From a virus (lineage: Duplodnaviria > Caudoviricetes), in IMG/VR virus record IMGVR_UViG_3300021400_000128, positions 1 to 64,000 of that record: DNA of 64,000 nucleotides, one strand, 5' to 3'. The position numbers and the translations under genes were made by a program. Below the pieces are notes generated by a model, which had not been told where the DNA came from, did no database searches, and worked only from the letters and a program-made list of their open reading frames with translations. This document shows, piece after piece, positions 25,381 through 37,073 of this stretch. Every line of letters starts with the position of its first letter. The stretch's first letter is position 1.

Positions 25381-26592
25381 TTATATGCAATACATTGCCG
25401 AACCACGAATAATCGCATTTACACTCCAGTCTGCCATAGGCGTAAAACCAATTACACCTGAAGTCGTAATTGAAAAAATTCCCGGATTACCTGCATTACC
25501 AGCGAATCCAAACAATGAACAACCGCTTGGGTGGGTTGGACAATATTCTTCCGGAAGCGTAGCTAAATTTCTGATCGTACTTGCTGAAATATCCGTTCTT
25601 ACTTTTACTCCGTCGAAATATAGATAGACAAAAACCCCTATCTTGCGATAGTAAATCATCCCGGAATAAACAGAGGAATTGGACAAGGATTTCCGACCGG
25701 AATCCGTTCCGCCAGTGCCGCCCTGTGCAACCGTGACAGGTGTTTTGGAAGTCAGAATATCATACGTTTTATTTTGAGTTAAAGAATCAGGTACCGGTAA
25801 GTAATATAATTCCGTATTTGAGTAATCGTCATCATACATGCGAAATGCCATGCGATGATTTGAATTTGACAAGTAAAAAGAACCTTGCTCCTGATCAGAC
25901 GCATTAAGGAATCTTAATAGCTTATCACCATCGCGCTTGATTACATAAGAGCTTCCGGTCGTCGCCAGATTTCCCGTAATCGTACCCCCAGAGATGTTCA
26001 CCTTCCCGTCCAGAGCGGTCTTCACCCCGCCAGATGTAACTGGATTCGTGCTGGATGCCGTCGGCGTGGTGTCAAGATTCTTTGACGTTAGAATGCTGTA
26101 CCACTTTGTAGCCGTCATTCCGCTGTCAGGTACCGGCAGCTGATATACTTCGCTGTATTGTTGCTGATCTGCTGGATACTCTCTGATAAACATTCGATTA
26201 TCGGTTAATGTTACGGCACCTAATGAAGTATTGCTTTGTTTAAGCTCTAATGATGGTTGGTAACTTTTCTCGATTCCCAGATTCCCTGTCATGGTATCGC
26301 CGGACTTGCTCACCCTCCCGTCCAGAGCGGTCTTCACCCCGCCCGAGGTCACCGGGTTCGTGCTGGATGCCGTAGGCGTGGTGTCAAAGGTCAGCTTATC
26401 CTGTTTCCCGGCCAGCTTCGTATTCATCTCCGTCTCGGTATAATACCGGTCATCATGCGTGTGGCTCTTGGCCGCATAAGCACTGTCATGATTGTGATTC
26501 GAATCTGCTTTCCCGGTAAGCGCATTTCGGGCAGTTTCATCTTTGACGTTATACCACGTCCCGCCGATTTTGATTTTCTTTGCATCTGTCAT
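25381..26592 (-). CDS. tail fibre / receptor-binding protein
   Basis: [10 protein letters not shown], duplicated DTTPTASSTNPVTSGGVKTALDG, GGTG repeat; C-terminal YRKIG..V..LATLP..Y.P head domain. Confidence 0.75.
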   Translation of the reverse strand: MTDAKKIKIGGTWYNVKDETARNALTGKADSNHNHDSAYAAKSHTHDDRYYTETEMNTKLAGKQDKLTFDTTPTASSTNPVTSGGVKTALDGRVSKSGDTMTGNLGIEKSYQPSLELKQSNTSLGAVTLTDNRMFIREYPADQQQYSEVYQLPVPDSGMTATKWYSILTSKNLDTTPTASSTNPVTSGGVKTALDGKVNISGGTITGNLATTGSSYVIKRDGDKLLRFLNASDQEQGSFYLSNSNHRMAFRMYDDDYSNTELYYLPVPDSLTQNKTYDILTSKTPVTVAQGGTGGTDSGRKSLSNSSVYSGMIYYRKIGVFVYLYFDGVKVRTDISASTIRNLATLPEEYCPTHPSGCSLFGFAGNAGNPGIFSITTSGVIGFTPMADWSVNAIIRGSAMYCI

Positions 26593-26607
26593 TTATATCT
26601 CTCCTTT

Positions 26608-27720
26608 CTACGCCGTTACCTTGACTCCGGTCACGACAGTTTTACTTGACACAGTAATATTTGGAATACTTTTCGCCGTGTAGCTCAGTGACGGAGCACT
26701 CCCCGCGGTAAAGATGATTCCCTCTTCCTCAGCATCATACGTCAACGTCGGCACACTTCCCGCACTCCACGCCGTAATATCATCCGCCGGAATCGCTGTC
26801 CCGGCAGAAGCAGAGCCAACAGTCGTCGTAGATGCTTCGATTTGCGTGTACTGAACAACCTTACTGCCGTTGTGATAATAAATCGGATGTTCCCGATGTA
26901 AAGTCATCGCATATCCACTTGTTGCCCTACCCAGCTGAATATAGTAGTATCCGTCATTGCTTGTTGGTAAAGTCTGCGTTGTCGGAGTCGCTGAAGCAAT
27001 ACGAAACAGTCCGCTTGATTGTTTTGAGCATTTTAAATACACATTTTTATTAGCGGTCAGCGAACTGTCACCGCAGTTGAAGGTATATCGCAAGTCTATT
27101 GCAGACACACTCCAGTAACAAGCACCGCCACCGATTGCTCCATCTGCTGCCACATTGGTTGTTGAGTTGTAATAATAAATATCTTTGAACGGATCAAAAT
27201 CCACACTTGTCAGCATTGTCTTTGTCGTTCCAGTGACATTATCATTATTATTGAGCGGAGTCAGAGTGTCCGCGTCCGTATGAAATAATAATTGATACCG
27301 ATACACCGCTGATTTGGCGATAAAATTTCCGCTCCCATGATACAGATTTGCCAGCGTGTACTGGTTGTTGTACCAATAGTGCTCTATCCATGCGGAGCCG
27401 TCATAAGTAAAAGCCAGCACTGCCCCGGCAGGCCAGCCGTTTGTGCTTGCGTTTGTGGATGGTCTCGTTGTGCCGTATCGATAAATGATTTTCGCACCCG
27501 TACCGTTGACATTGAGCGTAGGATTCGCTACGGAATTTGCGTACTGAAATTTCACAAAAATTGTTGCTCCGGTGATCAATTTGAATCCTGTCATATCAAC
27601 GACTTTCGCCGCAGTCGCCGCAGCCGTCTGACAATACCCATAAGCCGTACTGCCGAGAGCATGCAAAGTCCCGTCATCATCCTCGATTTGCCCCGCCCAT
27701 CCTGTTACTTGTGAAGCCAT
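26608..27720 (-). CDS. tail fibre-related structural protein
   Basis: TAAATAAKVV..F.L..GA...VKF..AN...NPTLNVNGTGAK domain; C-terminus shared with the 994-aa fibre. Confidence 0.7.
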   Translation of the reverse strand: MASQVTGWAGQIEDDDGTLHALGSTAYGYCQTAAATAAKVVDMTGFKLITGATIFVKFQYANSVANPTLNVNGTGAKIIYRYGTTRPSTNASTNGWPAGAVLAFTYDGSAWIEHYWYNNQYTLANLYHGSGNFIAKSAVYRYQLLFHTDADTLTPLNNNDNVTGTTKTMLTSVDFDPFKDIYYYNSTTNVAADGAIGGGACYWSVSAIDLRYTFNCGDSSLTANKNVYLKCSKQSSGLFRIASATPTTQTLPTSNDGYYYIQLGRATSGYAMTLHREHPIYYHNGSKVVQYTQIEASTTTVGSASAGTAIPADDITAWSAGSVPTLTYDAEEEGIIFTAGSAPSLSYTAKSIPNITVSSKTVVTGVKVTA

Positions 27721-27760
27721 TCTCTATCCTCCTTTATTCCTTGCTCTTTGCTCCTTGATC

Positions 27761-30745
27761 CTAACTAATCCCCGTCACCACCGTCTTACTCGTCACTGAA
27801 ATATTCGGAATACTTCTGGCCGTATAACTCAAAGCCGGAACAGACCCCTTCCCCAGCTTGATCACACCATTACTCACCGAAATCGACGGCAGCGTTCCCG
27901 CACTCCACGCCGTAATATCATCCGCCGCAATAGCCGTCCCCGCCGAAGCAGAACCGACAGAAACCGTCTCAACCTCATGCGTGTGGGACTTCGCGGCGTA
28001 TGCGCTGTCGTGATTGTGCGTTTTGGCAGCGTAGGCTGTGCTTTCCGTGTAGGCGGCAGTGCCGAGCCCTTTGACTGGAACGTCGGCAGCGGTGCCGTTG
28101 GTGTTGACGGAGATCGTTCCGTTGGCGGAGCCTGTGGCGATGGAACGGACACCGGCGTTGCTGATTTTCGTACCGGATACCGTTATGCCGTTTTCACCGG
28201 TATAGATTGTGTTTGCATCATCGCGCCACGCCGGAACACCGTCAGCATCGGTTTTCCAGACTTTATTTGCCTGTCCGCTGCCAGAGGCGACATACCCTTC
28301 AGAACTTGCACTATTCGCCTTCCAGGTATTTGTCGGTGTCGCCCATTCATATGTTCCGGCTGTCGCTGTCGCTTTGAGAAATTTTCCGTTATTAGTCGTG
28401 CCGTTCGCAGGAACATGTTTGTTTCCATCCGTTGTCGGATGAGAATAATTATTGAACGTCTCCCATGTACCTTTTGGCGTAAGGGCTTTTGTAGTTGTGC
28501 TTCCATCAAAAGTAATCCCGGTACGGATGAGTTTTGAATTTGCAGAACTATCAGCAACAATGATCTTGTCACCATTTGCAACAGCGGTATCTGCCGTGAT
28601 AGCTCCTGCACTTGTAATGTTGCCATGTGCATGTGATGACGCTGCCTTGCCTGACAGAGCCGTATTCAGGTCTGACTGAGAGGATAAAGTTCCTGTAATG
28701 GCTCCCCATGCAACTGAGGATGTGGATTCACCTTCGCTGTCGGCAACCATGACCCAATCATTATCTTTCCGGGCGTAATAGTTACCGTCGTTTGGAGCGT
28801 CATCAATTGAAGCCATGGCACCAAGGTCAGCCGTATTGGCTTTCGCGTTCAACTTGGTGTTCATCTCCGCCTCGGTATAATAACGGTCATCATGTGTATG
28901 AGTTTTCGCAGCGTATGCACTATCATGGTCATGGGACGCAGTAGCATATGCCGTGCTTGCCGTGTATGCTGCTGTACCAAGACCTTTGACAGAAACATTA
29001 GCTGAAGTTCCATTGGTATTTACCGAGATTGTTCCGTTAGCTGTTCCTGTGGCGATGCTTCTAACGCCGGAGTTGGAAATTTTTGTTCCGGATACTGTTA
29101 CACCATTTTCGCCAGTATATGTGGTATCGGTGATCATTATTTGATTCCATGCACCATATGTACTGCCGGTATTATGCCTTATATAAATACTATTCGTTCC
29201 GGCAACTTGTAATATTTGCGTCCGATATCCTGAAGCATCCCGAAAACATACCATACCAAAAGCATTTGTATTAGCCGGTTTGTTTACTACCGTATTTCCC
29301 CCTGCGGCAAAATACCAGGTCGTATTATCCGGAATGATATCATTCAGATCCTCTGTTTTCAATTGAATTGCTAAAGCAGATTTCGCCATATCCGCAGTCC
29401 CATGAATGCCCAGATACACGTCATCATGGTCATGATCGGTGTCGGCTTTGTTTGCAAGCAGCGTGTTTGTTTCAGTCTCCGTGTAATAGCGGTCATCATG
29501 ATCATGAGAAGCAGGAGCGTATGCTGTGCTTGCTGTATAAGCCGCACTACCAAGACCCTTTACCGCAACATTGGCGGATGTTCCATTCGTATTGACGGAA
29601 ATCGTACCGTTTGATGTACCCGTAGCAATGGAACGGACACCTGAGTTACTGATTTTTGTACCGGATACCGTAACACCATTCTCACCTGTGTAAACTGTAT
29701 CTGTCGCGTTCAGGGTGTCGCCGTCCATCGTAAGGTTCGTCCCGACCTTAATACCGCCCTTTGTTGACGCGGATGCAGTCGGCAAACTATAGTTGTTGAA
29801 CGTTTCCCATGTCCCTTTTTGCGTTAGTGCTTTGGTTGCTGTACTGCCGTCAAATGTGATGGAAGCCCCAGTCAGTTTTGAGCTGTCAGAATTATCAACA
29901 ATAACAATTTTGTCACCGTTGGCTATCGTCTGTGTGGCGGTAATCGCTCCGCCTGTATTGATATTTCCATACGTTGGTTTGGCATGTACATGATCGGAAC
30001 GTGCTATTGTATTTGCGGATCCATTTGATGCCGTACCTAATGCGGCTGGTGTTCCGCTTGTCGGGAAATTTGCTGAGAATGTCGTACCGGATAGATTGAT
30101 ACCATTCCCATTTGAATAGGTGGTATCAGTGAATTTTGCATCGGCAGGAACTGACTTTCCAATCGTGAATCCGCTGTCCTGAATCACTTTTCCAGAATTA
30201 CCGTCAAAGGTTGCAACATGGTTATCAGTTGCATTTGCTGGTCCGGTAACAGTTCCATCCACATTTGATTGAATGACTGTCCAATGCGAATTGTTTGCAG
30301 ATGTCCCATCAGTTTCACAAATAATCATGTCACCGATTTCGCACTTCTGACCTGCATATGTTCCATCTGTTGCAACTTTATACGTCCAACCTTTGTAATG
30401 TGTCGCTGGAAGAGTTGTTACCGTCGTGCCTGAACTACCGATTGTACCCTTGAACACCATCGCATCATTCGCTTTGAAAGCTGATTGAACGAATTCTGTT
30501 GTAGCGATTTGTGTTGTATTTGTTCCATCTGCTGCTGTTGGTGCTGTCGGTACTCCAGTCAATTCAGGTGAAGCGAGATTCGCTTTCAAATTTAATTTAG
30601 AATTAACTTCAGTCTCAGTGTAATACCGGCTGTCATGATTATGCGTATTGATTGTATTTCGTGCAACTTCGTCTTTGATTTCGATTTCTGCAATGACGTT
30701 ACCGCTATTTCTATCCTTTATTTTCAATGCTTTTACATCTGCCAT
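27761..30745 (-). CDS. long repetitive tail fibre protein
   Basis: [17 protein letters not shown] repeat, three [26 protein letters not shown] units, several H.HD.RYYTE motifs. Confidence 0.8.
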   Translation of the reverse strand: MADVKALKIKDRNSGNVIAEIEIKDEVARNTINTHNHDSRYYTETEVNSKLNLKANLASPELTGVPTAPTAADGTNTTQIATTEFVQSAFKANDAMVFKGTIGSSGTTVTTLPATHYKGWTYKVATDGTYAGQKCEIGDMIICETDGTSANNSHWTVIQSNVDGTVTGPANATDNHVATFDGNSGKVIQDSGFTIGKSVPADAKFTDTTYSNGNGINLSGTTFSANFPTSGTPAALGTASNGSANTIARSDHVHAKPTYGNINTGGAITATQTIANGDKIVIVDNSDSSKLTGASITFDGSTATKALTQKGTWETFNNYSLPTASASTKGGIKVGTNLTMDGDTLNATDTVYTGENGVTVSGTKISNSGVRSIATGTSNGTISVNTNGTSANVAVKGLGSAAYTASTAYAPASHDHDDRYYTETETNTLLANKADTDHDHDDVYLGIHGTADMAKSALAIQLKTEDLNDIIPDNTTWYFAAGGNTVVNKPANTNAFGMVCFRDASGYRTQILQVAGTNSIYIRHNTGSTYGAWNQIMITDTTYTGENGVTVSGTKISNSGVRSIATGTANGTISVNTNGTSANVSVKGLGTAAYTASTAYATASHDHDSAYAAKTHTHDDRYYTEAEMNTKLNAKANTADLGAMASIDDAPNDGNYYARKDNDWVMVADSEGESTSSVAWGAITGTLSSQSDLNTALSGKAASSHAHGNITSAGAITADTAVANGDKIIVADSSANSKLIRTGITFDGSTTTKALTPKGTWETFNNYSHPTTDGNKHVPANGTTNNGKFLKATATAGTYEWATPTNTWKANSASSEGYVASGSGQANKVWKTDADGVPAWRDDANTIYTGENGITVSGTKISNAGVRSIATGSANGTISVNTNGTAADVPVKGLGTAAYTESTAYAAKTHNHDSAYAAKSHTHEVETVSVGSASAGTAIAADDITAWSAGTLPSISVSNGVIKLGKGSVPALSYTARSIPNISVTSKTVVTGIS

Positions 30746-30758
30746 GAGATATCCCTCC

Positions 30759-32837
30759 TCAGATCGTTAACGTGAGACATTCTGTTGTTGAGTCATAATC
30801 TGCTGAGATATTTGATTCCACCCAACTGCCATTTTTACGTACATACTCTTTGTTATTAGCTTGTGCATCATCCTCAAAAGCCATGTCTGAAAGCATATTT
30901 TCGGCAACTTCAAAAATGACACCTTCTTCCGGTTCGTCATATTGAGCACCCATATATCCATCGCCATCTTGTCCCCTTGGTATAACGAAATCAAGTACAG
31001 CGTTATTTTCTGTACCGCTGTTCGTTACAGATGCGTTTGTCCCTGATGCCCCGGTCGCAACAGTACCCACGCTGATAGTTGCGGATTTCGGTAAACCAAA
31101 ATTGAGCTTTGCTTCGTATTGTGTTCCTGCATTTGAAACAGTGGGTGTTGATCCGGGTGTTAGTGGAGTGACTGTTCCAACCGTGACTGTAGGAGATTTG
31201 GGAAGTCCGAAATTGAGCCTCGCTTCATATTGTGATCCAACATTTGTGACAGTTGGTGTTGAACCAGGATTCAGCCCTGTTACTGTTCCAACATTTACAG
31301 TACTTGATTTTGGTAAACCAAAGTCAAAACTCGCTTCATATTTAGTTCCTGAATTTGAAACAGTTGGTGTTGCACCAGGGTCTAATTGTGTCACTGTTCC
31401 GATATCAACGGTAGATGATTTCGGCAATCCGAATTTCAATTTTGGAGCATATTCAGTCCCTGTATTTGATACAGTAGGCGTAGCTCCAGGATTCAAGGCT
31501 GTTGGCGTATCAATCGTTACTTTCGCCGCTTGTGGGATTCCGAAGTTTAAAACAGCATCTGTACTCGTTCCAACATTACTAACGGTTGGTTTTGTTCCTG
31601 CCGTAAGACCTGTTACTGTTCCGACTGTGATAGTTCCAGTATCTCCTTTCGAGACAAGTTTCATCCAATACGATGTATTCGTAACAGCCGTTCCTGCCGG
31701 AACTGTTTTTATAGCAATATAACTGCTCCCGTTTTGAATCACAACGTCCATACGGGCATATTTTACTGAATCCGACCATGTTCCTCTTGGATTGACAGTA
31801 ATTTGCTTAGACTCAGGATTATTAAGGCTTGCATTGTTCGTCCAAGATAAAACACCTGTGTCAGACATTTCAGGAGTGAAAATCGCACCGGCATCCAGTA
31901 TCAGCGTTCTGCCTTCCACCCTTGCACCGGAACCTCCGCCATTCGGAATACCGAATTTCAGCCGTGCCCGGTTTGGATCATTGGGGAGCAGGTCCTGAAC
32001 ATACGCAGGAGACCCGGCGGGAAGTGTTTCAGTTTCCGCAACAGAAACTTCTCCCTGGTCACCTTTCGGAAGGGTAAAATCAAAAGTCGCATTGAGCGGT
32101 GTTCCAACGTTTGTCACTGTTGCTGTTGCACCTTGTTTTACTGTTCCAACCGCAATTGTCGCGGATTGCCCATAATTCACACATTCACTGCAAAGGAAAT
32201 CCGTTTTCTGTGAATTTGTATAAACCGATACGAAAACGCCTCGTGTGTTGGTGTATGTAAAGGTCTTTGTCCCGGTAAAATTTCCGCTGTAAGATGACGA
32301 CAATACATAATTCGACGCATAGTAGGCAAGCGTTCTGACTTCCGCATAGCAGGCTTTGTTATAAACAGCTCCGTCTTTATAGAGCGTGATCGTGCATGTA
32401 CCGTCAGGGGAGGTCGCCATAACAGGTACGACCGTCCAATCATTCCGTCCGCAATTTATAGTATTGGCGCATAAGATTTTTTCCCTAAAGCTGTCCTCAT
32501 AAATCGTTACGAAAAACGCTTTCACATTGGTGTATGTAAAGGTGACTGTTCCGGTAATAACCTCACTGTAAGAGCTCTCTGTCCAGATGCTACCATGATA
32601 ATAAGCAAGAACTTGCACATAAGCGTAATGTGATTCCTGTGTACATAGAACTCCATCTTTGTATAACCGCATAGTGCATTGTCCATCCGGTGTATCAGTC
32701 ATGGTCAATGAAAGCGTCCAAACGATTCCGTCATCACCTTTCGCTCCGGCAGGGCCGGTTCGGCCCGGTACTCCTTTTCCTGTCATGCGGATAATGATCG
32801 GATCTTCTTTGATTTTGATGATTGTCTTGTCAGTCAT
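30759..32837 (-). CDS. collagen-like / repeat-containing fibre protein
   Basis: GxY stretch, about six ~37-aa VGTVT.L.PG.TPTVSN.GT..EA.LNFGLPK repeats, carbohydrate-binding-like W...Y..DVV..GSSY..W module. Confidence 0.75.
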   Translation of the reverse strand: MTDKTIIKIKEDPIIIRMTGKGVPGRTGPAGAKGDDGIVWTLSLTMTDTPDGQCTMRLYKDGVLCTQESHYAYVQVLAYYHGSIWTESSYSEVITGTVTFTYTNVKAFFVTIYEDSFREKILCANTINCGRNDWTVVPVMATSPDGTCTITLYKDGAVYNKACYAEVRTLAYYASNYVLSSSYSGNFTGTKTFTYTNTRGVFVSVYTNSQKTDFLCSECVNYGQSATIAVGTVKQGATATVTNVGTPLNATFDFTLPKGDQGEVSVAETETLPAGSPAYVQDLLPNDPNRARLKFGIPNGGGSGARVEGRTLILDAGAIFTPEMSDTGVLSWTNNASLNNPESKQITVNPRGTWSDSVKYARMDVVIQNGSSYIAIKTVPAGTAVTNTSYWMKLVSKGDTGTITVGTVTGLTAGTKPTVSNVGTSTDAVLNFGIPQAAKVTIDTPTALNPGATPTVSNTGTEYAPKLKFGLPKSSTVDIGTVTQLDPGATPTVSNSGTKYEASFDFGLPKSSTVNVGTVTGLNPGSTPTVTNVGSQYEARLNFGLPKSPTVTVGTVTPLTPGSTPTVSNAGTQYEAKLNFGLPKSATISVGTVATGASGTNASVTNSGTENNAVLDFVIPRGQDGDGYMGAQYDEPEEGVIFEVAENMLSDMAFEDDAQANNKEYVRKNGSWVESNISADYDSTTECLTLTI

Positions 32838-32846
32838 TTTTCACCT

Positions 32847-33737
32847 CTAAATCGACTTTGCCACACACCACCATGCGGAACCTTCCCACCAGATAATCAG
32901 GTTATACCGCTTGTTTTTTGCGGTCACTGCTTCCCCGACCTGTTTCACCTCTGTTGAGGAAAAAGTCACGCCGGTAAATGACGCGTTGGAAGTGAAATTT
33001 ACACCGAATATCACGCCCCGTGTGGCTTGGGGGAGGGTGATTGCCAATGATCCGATTGCGGTATCGTTTTCATATTCTGTTCCGCTTACTGCTGTCAGGG
33101 AAGTTCCAGAGAAGGTGGTGAAACTCACCGCTTTGTCTACTTCGAGATTCGTTCGCGCATCGGCAGCATTTGACGCGCCTGTACCGCCATTTGCAACTGG
33201 AACCGCCCCGTTTGTGTTTCCTAATCCAAGCGCATTCCGTGCAGCCGCCACGGTCGTTTGTCCTGTCCCACCGTTGGCAATAGGTACAGCCCCGCTTGTG
33301 TTTCCTAAACCTAAAGCATTTCGTGCAGCCGCCACAGTCTTTTGTCCCGTACCGCCGCTTTCAATAGGAATGACACTCTCACCGGATTGGAGAACTTCTT
33401 TCCAAGGGTATATCCATCCGTTGGAATTTCCTGCACGTCTATAGATTTTTCCTGCTCCGCCTGCCGCAGTTGGCTGGGTGAACCATAGTTGCGAAACATT
33501 CTCGAATGCGAACAAGCTAAACAGCATACCGTATTTTGATGGCTGATCGTTCAATTGGTTCGATTCCCTGTAATAACAGCAGATATTCCCCAGCGCAGCC
33601 CATTCGGCAGGCGTATCATTGGCAACACTTGTTATCGGCGCGTTGAATGTGGAAAAGGTCAAAGCGTAATTGACCACTCCTGTAGTAATCTCGCCAAGCC
33701 TCACCTGGTCAACTATATAAGTCGGATTCGATGCCAT
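32847..33737 (-). CDS. tail fibre protein (GGTG repeats)
   Basis: IP..GGTGQ.TVAAARNALGLG repeated; pyocin-knob-like N-terminal part. Confidence 0.7.
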   Translation of the reverse strand: MASNPTYIVDQVRLGEITTGVVNYALTFSTFNAPITSVANDTPAEWAALGNICCYYRESNQLNDQPSKYGMLFSLFAFENVSQLWFTQPTAAGGAGKIYRRAGNSNGWIYPWKEVLQSGESVIPIESGGTGQKTVAAARNALGLGNTSGAVPIANGGTGQTTVAAARNALGLGNTNGAVPVANGGTGASNAADARTNLEVDKAVSFTTFSGTSLTAVSGTEYENDTAIGSLAITLPQATRGVIFGVNFTSNASFTGVTFSSTEVKQVGEAVTAKNKRYNLIIWWEGSAWWCVAKSI

Positions 33738-33748
33738 TTTCTTCTCCT

Positions 33749-34096
33749 TTACGCCAGGGCATTTGTTACAGCCTTCTGTACAATGAACTTTCCGCCGATA
33801 TAGTAGTAGACCACACGTTCAGACTCAACATCCTCATACAGTGCGATATCATACTCATAATTTCCGCAAGCAATATTTTTGGTATCTGCAGCACTAAGCA
33901 TGTACCGCACACAAGCTGTCGCGAAGTCAATAGAACAGCGAAAGCTTGCAGTAAGGACACGATCTTCTTTTGTCGGACGAATCTGACCCATCACCTTCAT
34001 TCCGGTCAGGTCAATGGGCTTGTCATCGGCATCAACGACATAAAAGCACTTGTCAAATGTCTCGCCTCTTCGAACTTCATAATCGTATTCGTACAT
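33749..34096 (-). CDS. BppU-like baseplate/adaptor protein
   Basis: RGETF, P.DLTG...GQIR, L...DT, Y.YDI pattern. Confidence 0.65.
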   Translation of the reverse strand: MYEYDYEVRRGETFDKCFYVVDADDKPIDLTGMKVMGQIRPTKEDRVLTASFRCSIDFATACVRYMLSAADTKNIACGNYEYDIALYEDVESERVVYYYIGGKFIVQKAVTNALA

Positions 34097-34107
34097 GATT
34101 CCTCCGC

Positions 34108-34848
34108 TTATATTGCTGCTATCTGATAATACAGATAAGACATTTCTGACGCGGTGAGCCAGCGACTATAGAAAGCACCGGCTTGAATACTAAACCTGCC
34201 TAAGTTACCATAAGAACTATTATTGTTTCCAAATAATGGCCCATTCCTATATGTATAACCAATTCTGCCTTGTATCTGCCTTACGGTGCCATTAAAATAT
34301 ATTTCTCCTTCATTTTCTCCATCAATGGGATTCATCCATCCAATATTGTATCCAAAGATACCTGACAAATCATATATGACAGGTTTTGAAGGTATTTTTG
34401 CGCCCCAATGAGCCCATTCATCTCCACTTTCCCATGCCATTTCAAAATTACCACAAATACCACAATCGGCTGAAGAACCACCACCATCCTGAGGATCCAT
34501 GTTGTCGTAAATTACTCCGCGTGCCATTTGTCCAATACCACCAGCTATGTCACTATATCGAATGATTACCGATTTGACAGATGAGATAATACTATTGTTG
34601 TTTAGATTACGTACAGGTCTCAACCCTTCAACAAATGTATATCCTATAGCATTGTCGAATGTTACTGCGCCCGTTTTTGTTAGTGTGTTACCTTGCCCGG
34701 TAAGGTCTGTGAGTGCGGCTGATTCGCTCCCTGCCCCTTTAAATTGATACGCAGCAAGACAATCGGCAGGATCAAAGTTCGGAGGAAGCCACCATCCGCC
34801 GGAACCCATAACAATCGCTCTTTTTTTCCATTCCAGATAACTGCTCAT
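34108..34848 (-). CDS. putative receptor-binding / LamG-like tail protein
   Basis: Likely start MSSYLEW; ..AAYQF, DLTG.GN.L and C-terminal FYSR.LT..E..L motifs. Confidence 0.55.
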   Translation of the reverse strand: MSSYLEWKKRAIVMGSGGWWLPPNFDPADCLAAYQFKGAGSESAALTDLTGQGNTLTKTGAVTFDNAIGYTFVEGLRPVRNLNNNSIISSVKSVIIRYSDIAGGIGQMARGVIYDNMDPQDGGGSSADCGICGNFEMAWESGDEWAHWGAKIPSKPVIYDLSGIFGYNIGWMNPIDGENEGEIYFNGTVRQIQGRIGYTYRNGPLFGNNNSSYGNLGRFSIQAGAFYSRWLTASEMSYLYYQIAAI

Positions 34849-35687
34849 AACGCAACTCCTTTTGACGCGCACCAGTATTTTCCGAAACCGCTGTCCCACC
34901 AAATGATTAGGTTATACCGTTTACTATTCATTGTTAAGGAATCTCCGATGACTTTCACGTCTGTATTCGTTCCTCCTTTTCGGAACGTTACTCCTGAAAA
35001 AGAAGCATTTGCCGTGAAACAAACTCCTGTGATAAAGGTGTCATTTGGATTAGAAGGCAAATTGATGATGATTGAATGTAATGCAGTGGCACATCTGTAT
35101 TCGATATCATTCACGCAGTTCACTGTTGCTGTTATTTTATTATCAGGTGTGGTCGTCGTAGAAAAAGTGGTCACGGAATCATTCCCCAGCTTATACACAT
35201 AGCGCATATCCGTAATATCCGCCGGGTAGATATTTGTTGTACCGGCACCGATCGTGATTTTGGCAAGAGCTAATTCATAGGTGCCGCCGGTGTTGGTTAC
35301 AAGTGTAGGAGCTTTCGGACTTGTTGCCTCCGCACCGGTTTTCACATCCAGTTCAACGATTGATTTACTGGTATTCCCATAAGTCACACGCAGCACAACC
35401 AGGTCAATTCTTGGCAGTGAACCATGCTTCGCAATACTGAGTGTTTTTTGTGTAGTCAGCCATACCCGGTGATTATCTACCATCGCCTGGCCGGGACGGA
35501 CATATACACTCATTCCCATACCATCTGTTGGAACATAGACCTCCATCGGAGGTGTTGGTTGGGTTTTCCCATCTGGCTGGGCAAGAACGCCATCCGGGAT
35601 GATACCCCGCCAGTAATTCGCCCAGTTGGATTGTTCCAGACCGTAAATACCGTTGAAAAATCCGTATCGGTCACATTCTATAGCCAT
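34845..35687 (-). CDS. baseplate / minor tail protein
   Basis: V..G.A, PRIDLVVLR, K.G.....P.AP.L, YELALA.I, ITD.R motifs. Confidence 0.75.
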   Translation of the reverse strand: MAIECDRYGFFNGIYGLEQSNWANYWRGIIPDGVLAQPDGKTQPTPPMEVYVPTDGMGMSVYVRPGQAMVDNHRVWLTTQKTLSIAKHGSLPRIDLVVLRVTYGNTSKSIVELDVKTGAEATSPKAPTLVTNTGGTYELALAKITIGAGTTNIYPADITDMRYVYKLGNDSVTTFSTTTTPDNKITATVNCVNDIEYRCATALHSIIINLPSNPNDTFITGVCFTANASFSGVTFRKGGTNTDVKVIGDSLTMNSKRYNLIIWWDSGFGKYWCASKGVAL

Positions 35688-37073
35688 TTAATGTTCCTCC
35701 TGTACCTTCAGCCTTTTGTCGATCCCGCTCATCATCTCAAATACCTCACTGAAAATGCTTTCTTCAACTTTTCCAATAGTTGGTGATACATTTTCGGTCT
35801 GGTCAACAAACGAAATTGTCACCGTTTCGATAGTTGATGCAAATTCTTTCCCGTCTATAATAACCTTGACCTTATCTCCGCATCGCCAATCCTTCATAAA
35901 CATAAGATCGTCTGTTGGGGCAAGTGTGATTGAATATTTTTCTTTAGCAGCATTATCTTTTAATTGCTGATTCGCTTCTTCTCTTAGTAATTTTTCAGCG
36001 TCCTCTGCTGTTACTGTTTCATCTTCTTCTGTTTCTTCATCATCGTCACAAATCGTGATGTCAGATTTTGAAATGAATTTTTCTATGCGCCCATATTTTT
36101 TGATGCTTTCCGTATCTTCCGCATAAACCCAGACTCTGGTTTCATATTGTTCAGTTTCTGGTGTATTAGGGTCTTTCCATTCTTCTTCCGGTACATCGAT
36201 AACTTCTGTGTAGTCACCGGAACAAACCCATACTGCGTTGAATTTGGGATAAGAACGAGTTACAGACCATTTCGCCACATTACCGAATTCAGGTGAAATG
36301 ACGATCAGCTGATTGTTTACATACGTCTTACTGCTATCCATCCCGGATAAATCTCGTTGAATCGGAATGGTGATTTCTTTCCGTCCTGTGATCGGATCCC
36401 ATACATATTGAGGAAATAAGTTAGCGTTTTTCCCAATTTCATCTAATACTGTATTTAGTGATTTCAGACGATAAGCCGATATTCCCTTTTCCCCTCTATC
36501 CGCAATAGGAATTTTGTCTGCTTCGGATGAATTCGGAAAGTGCATACCGGAAATCTCTCGACCTTTTTGTGTCAAGTTTTTATCAAAGCAGTTCCGCATA
36601 TAATGAATCATGCGGTCATAAGCATATTCTTCAGCTCCTTCTTTCCCACATTTATCGTATGTATCATCGTCAAAAGTCAAATCCTGAAATCCCTTGTTTT
36701 GGTCATAATCAGTCAGGATGATTCGATGATTGAATATTTCACTTTCGTCAACACCATCGACCTGCCATTCGTATGTGTTTGTAAGTACATCTTTGCATTT
36801 AATTTCAGTACTCTTAATAATTCCGGTCATCAAGAGTTCTGCGTTTCTGTAAATCAGTACAGTATCTCCGACTTCAAAAGGACATTTATTGATATTCTTT
36901 CCTTTCAGGCTGAACTTATTTTGTTTAGAAAAGTTCAGTGTCATATTGAGAGAATTGAAATTTTCAATAAGCTCATACCGCTTTCCATAATACTGATCCT
37001 GCTCATAAGGAATCAGAAGATTCGTCCTGTCTCGTTCGGCATAGCGTCTGTAAATATCATAAGTGACGATCAT
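35688..37073 (-). CDS. Gp37/Tal-like baseplate hub protein
   Basis: Position after Dit; GRIEKF, DW..GDKV.V, P.IG motifs of siphovirus Gp37-like proteins. Confidence 0.75.
   Translation of the reverse strand: MIVTYDIYRRYAERDRTNLLIPYEQDQYYGKRYELIENFNSLNMTLNFSKQNKFSLKGKNINKCPFEVGDTVLIYRNAELLMTGIIKSTEIKCKDVLTNTYEWQVDGVDESEIFNHRIILTDYDQNKGFQDLTFDDDTYDKCGKEGAEEYAYDRMIHYMRNCFDKNLTQKGREISGMHFPNSSEADKIPIADRGEKGISAYRLKSLNTVLDEIGKNANLFPQYVWDPITGRKEITIPIQRDLSGMDSSKTYVNNQLIVISPEFGNVAKWSVTRSYPKFNAVWVCSGDYTEVIDVPEEEWKDPNTPETEQYETRVWVYAEDTESIKKYGRIEKFISKSDITICDDDEETEEDETVTAEDAEKLLREEANQQLKDNAAKEKYSITLAPTDDLMFMKDWRCGDKVKVIIDGKEFASTIETVTISFVDQTENVSPTIGKVEESIFSEVFEMMSGIDKRLKVQEEH

Noticed and set aside
25381-34902. 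Diversity-generating retroelement acting on fibre genes
   Set aside because: No reverse transcriptase in the window, and I saw no template/variable repeat pair differing only at adenines; the repeats are in-frame protein repeats.
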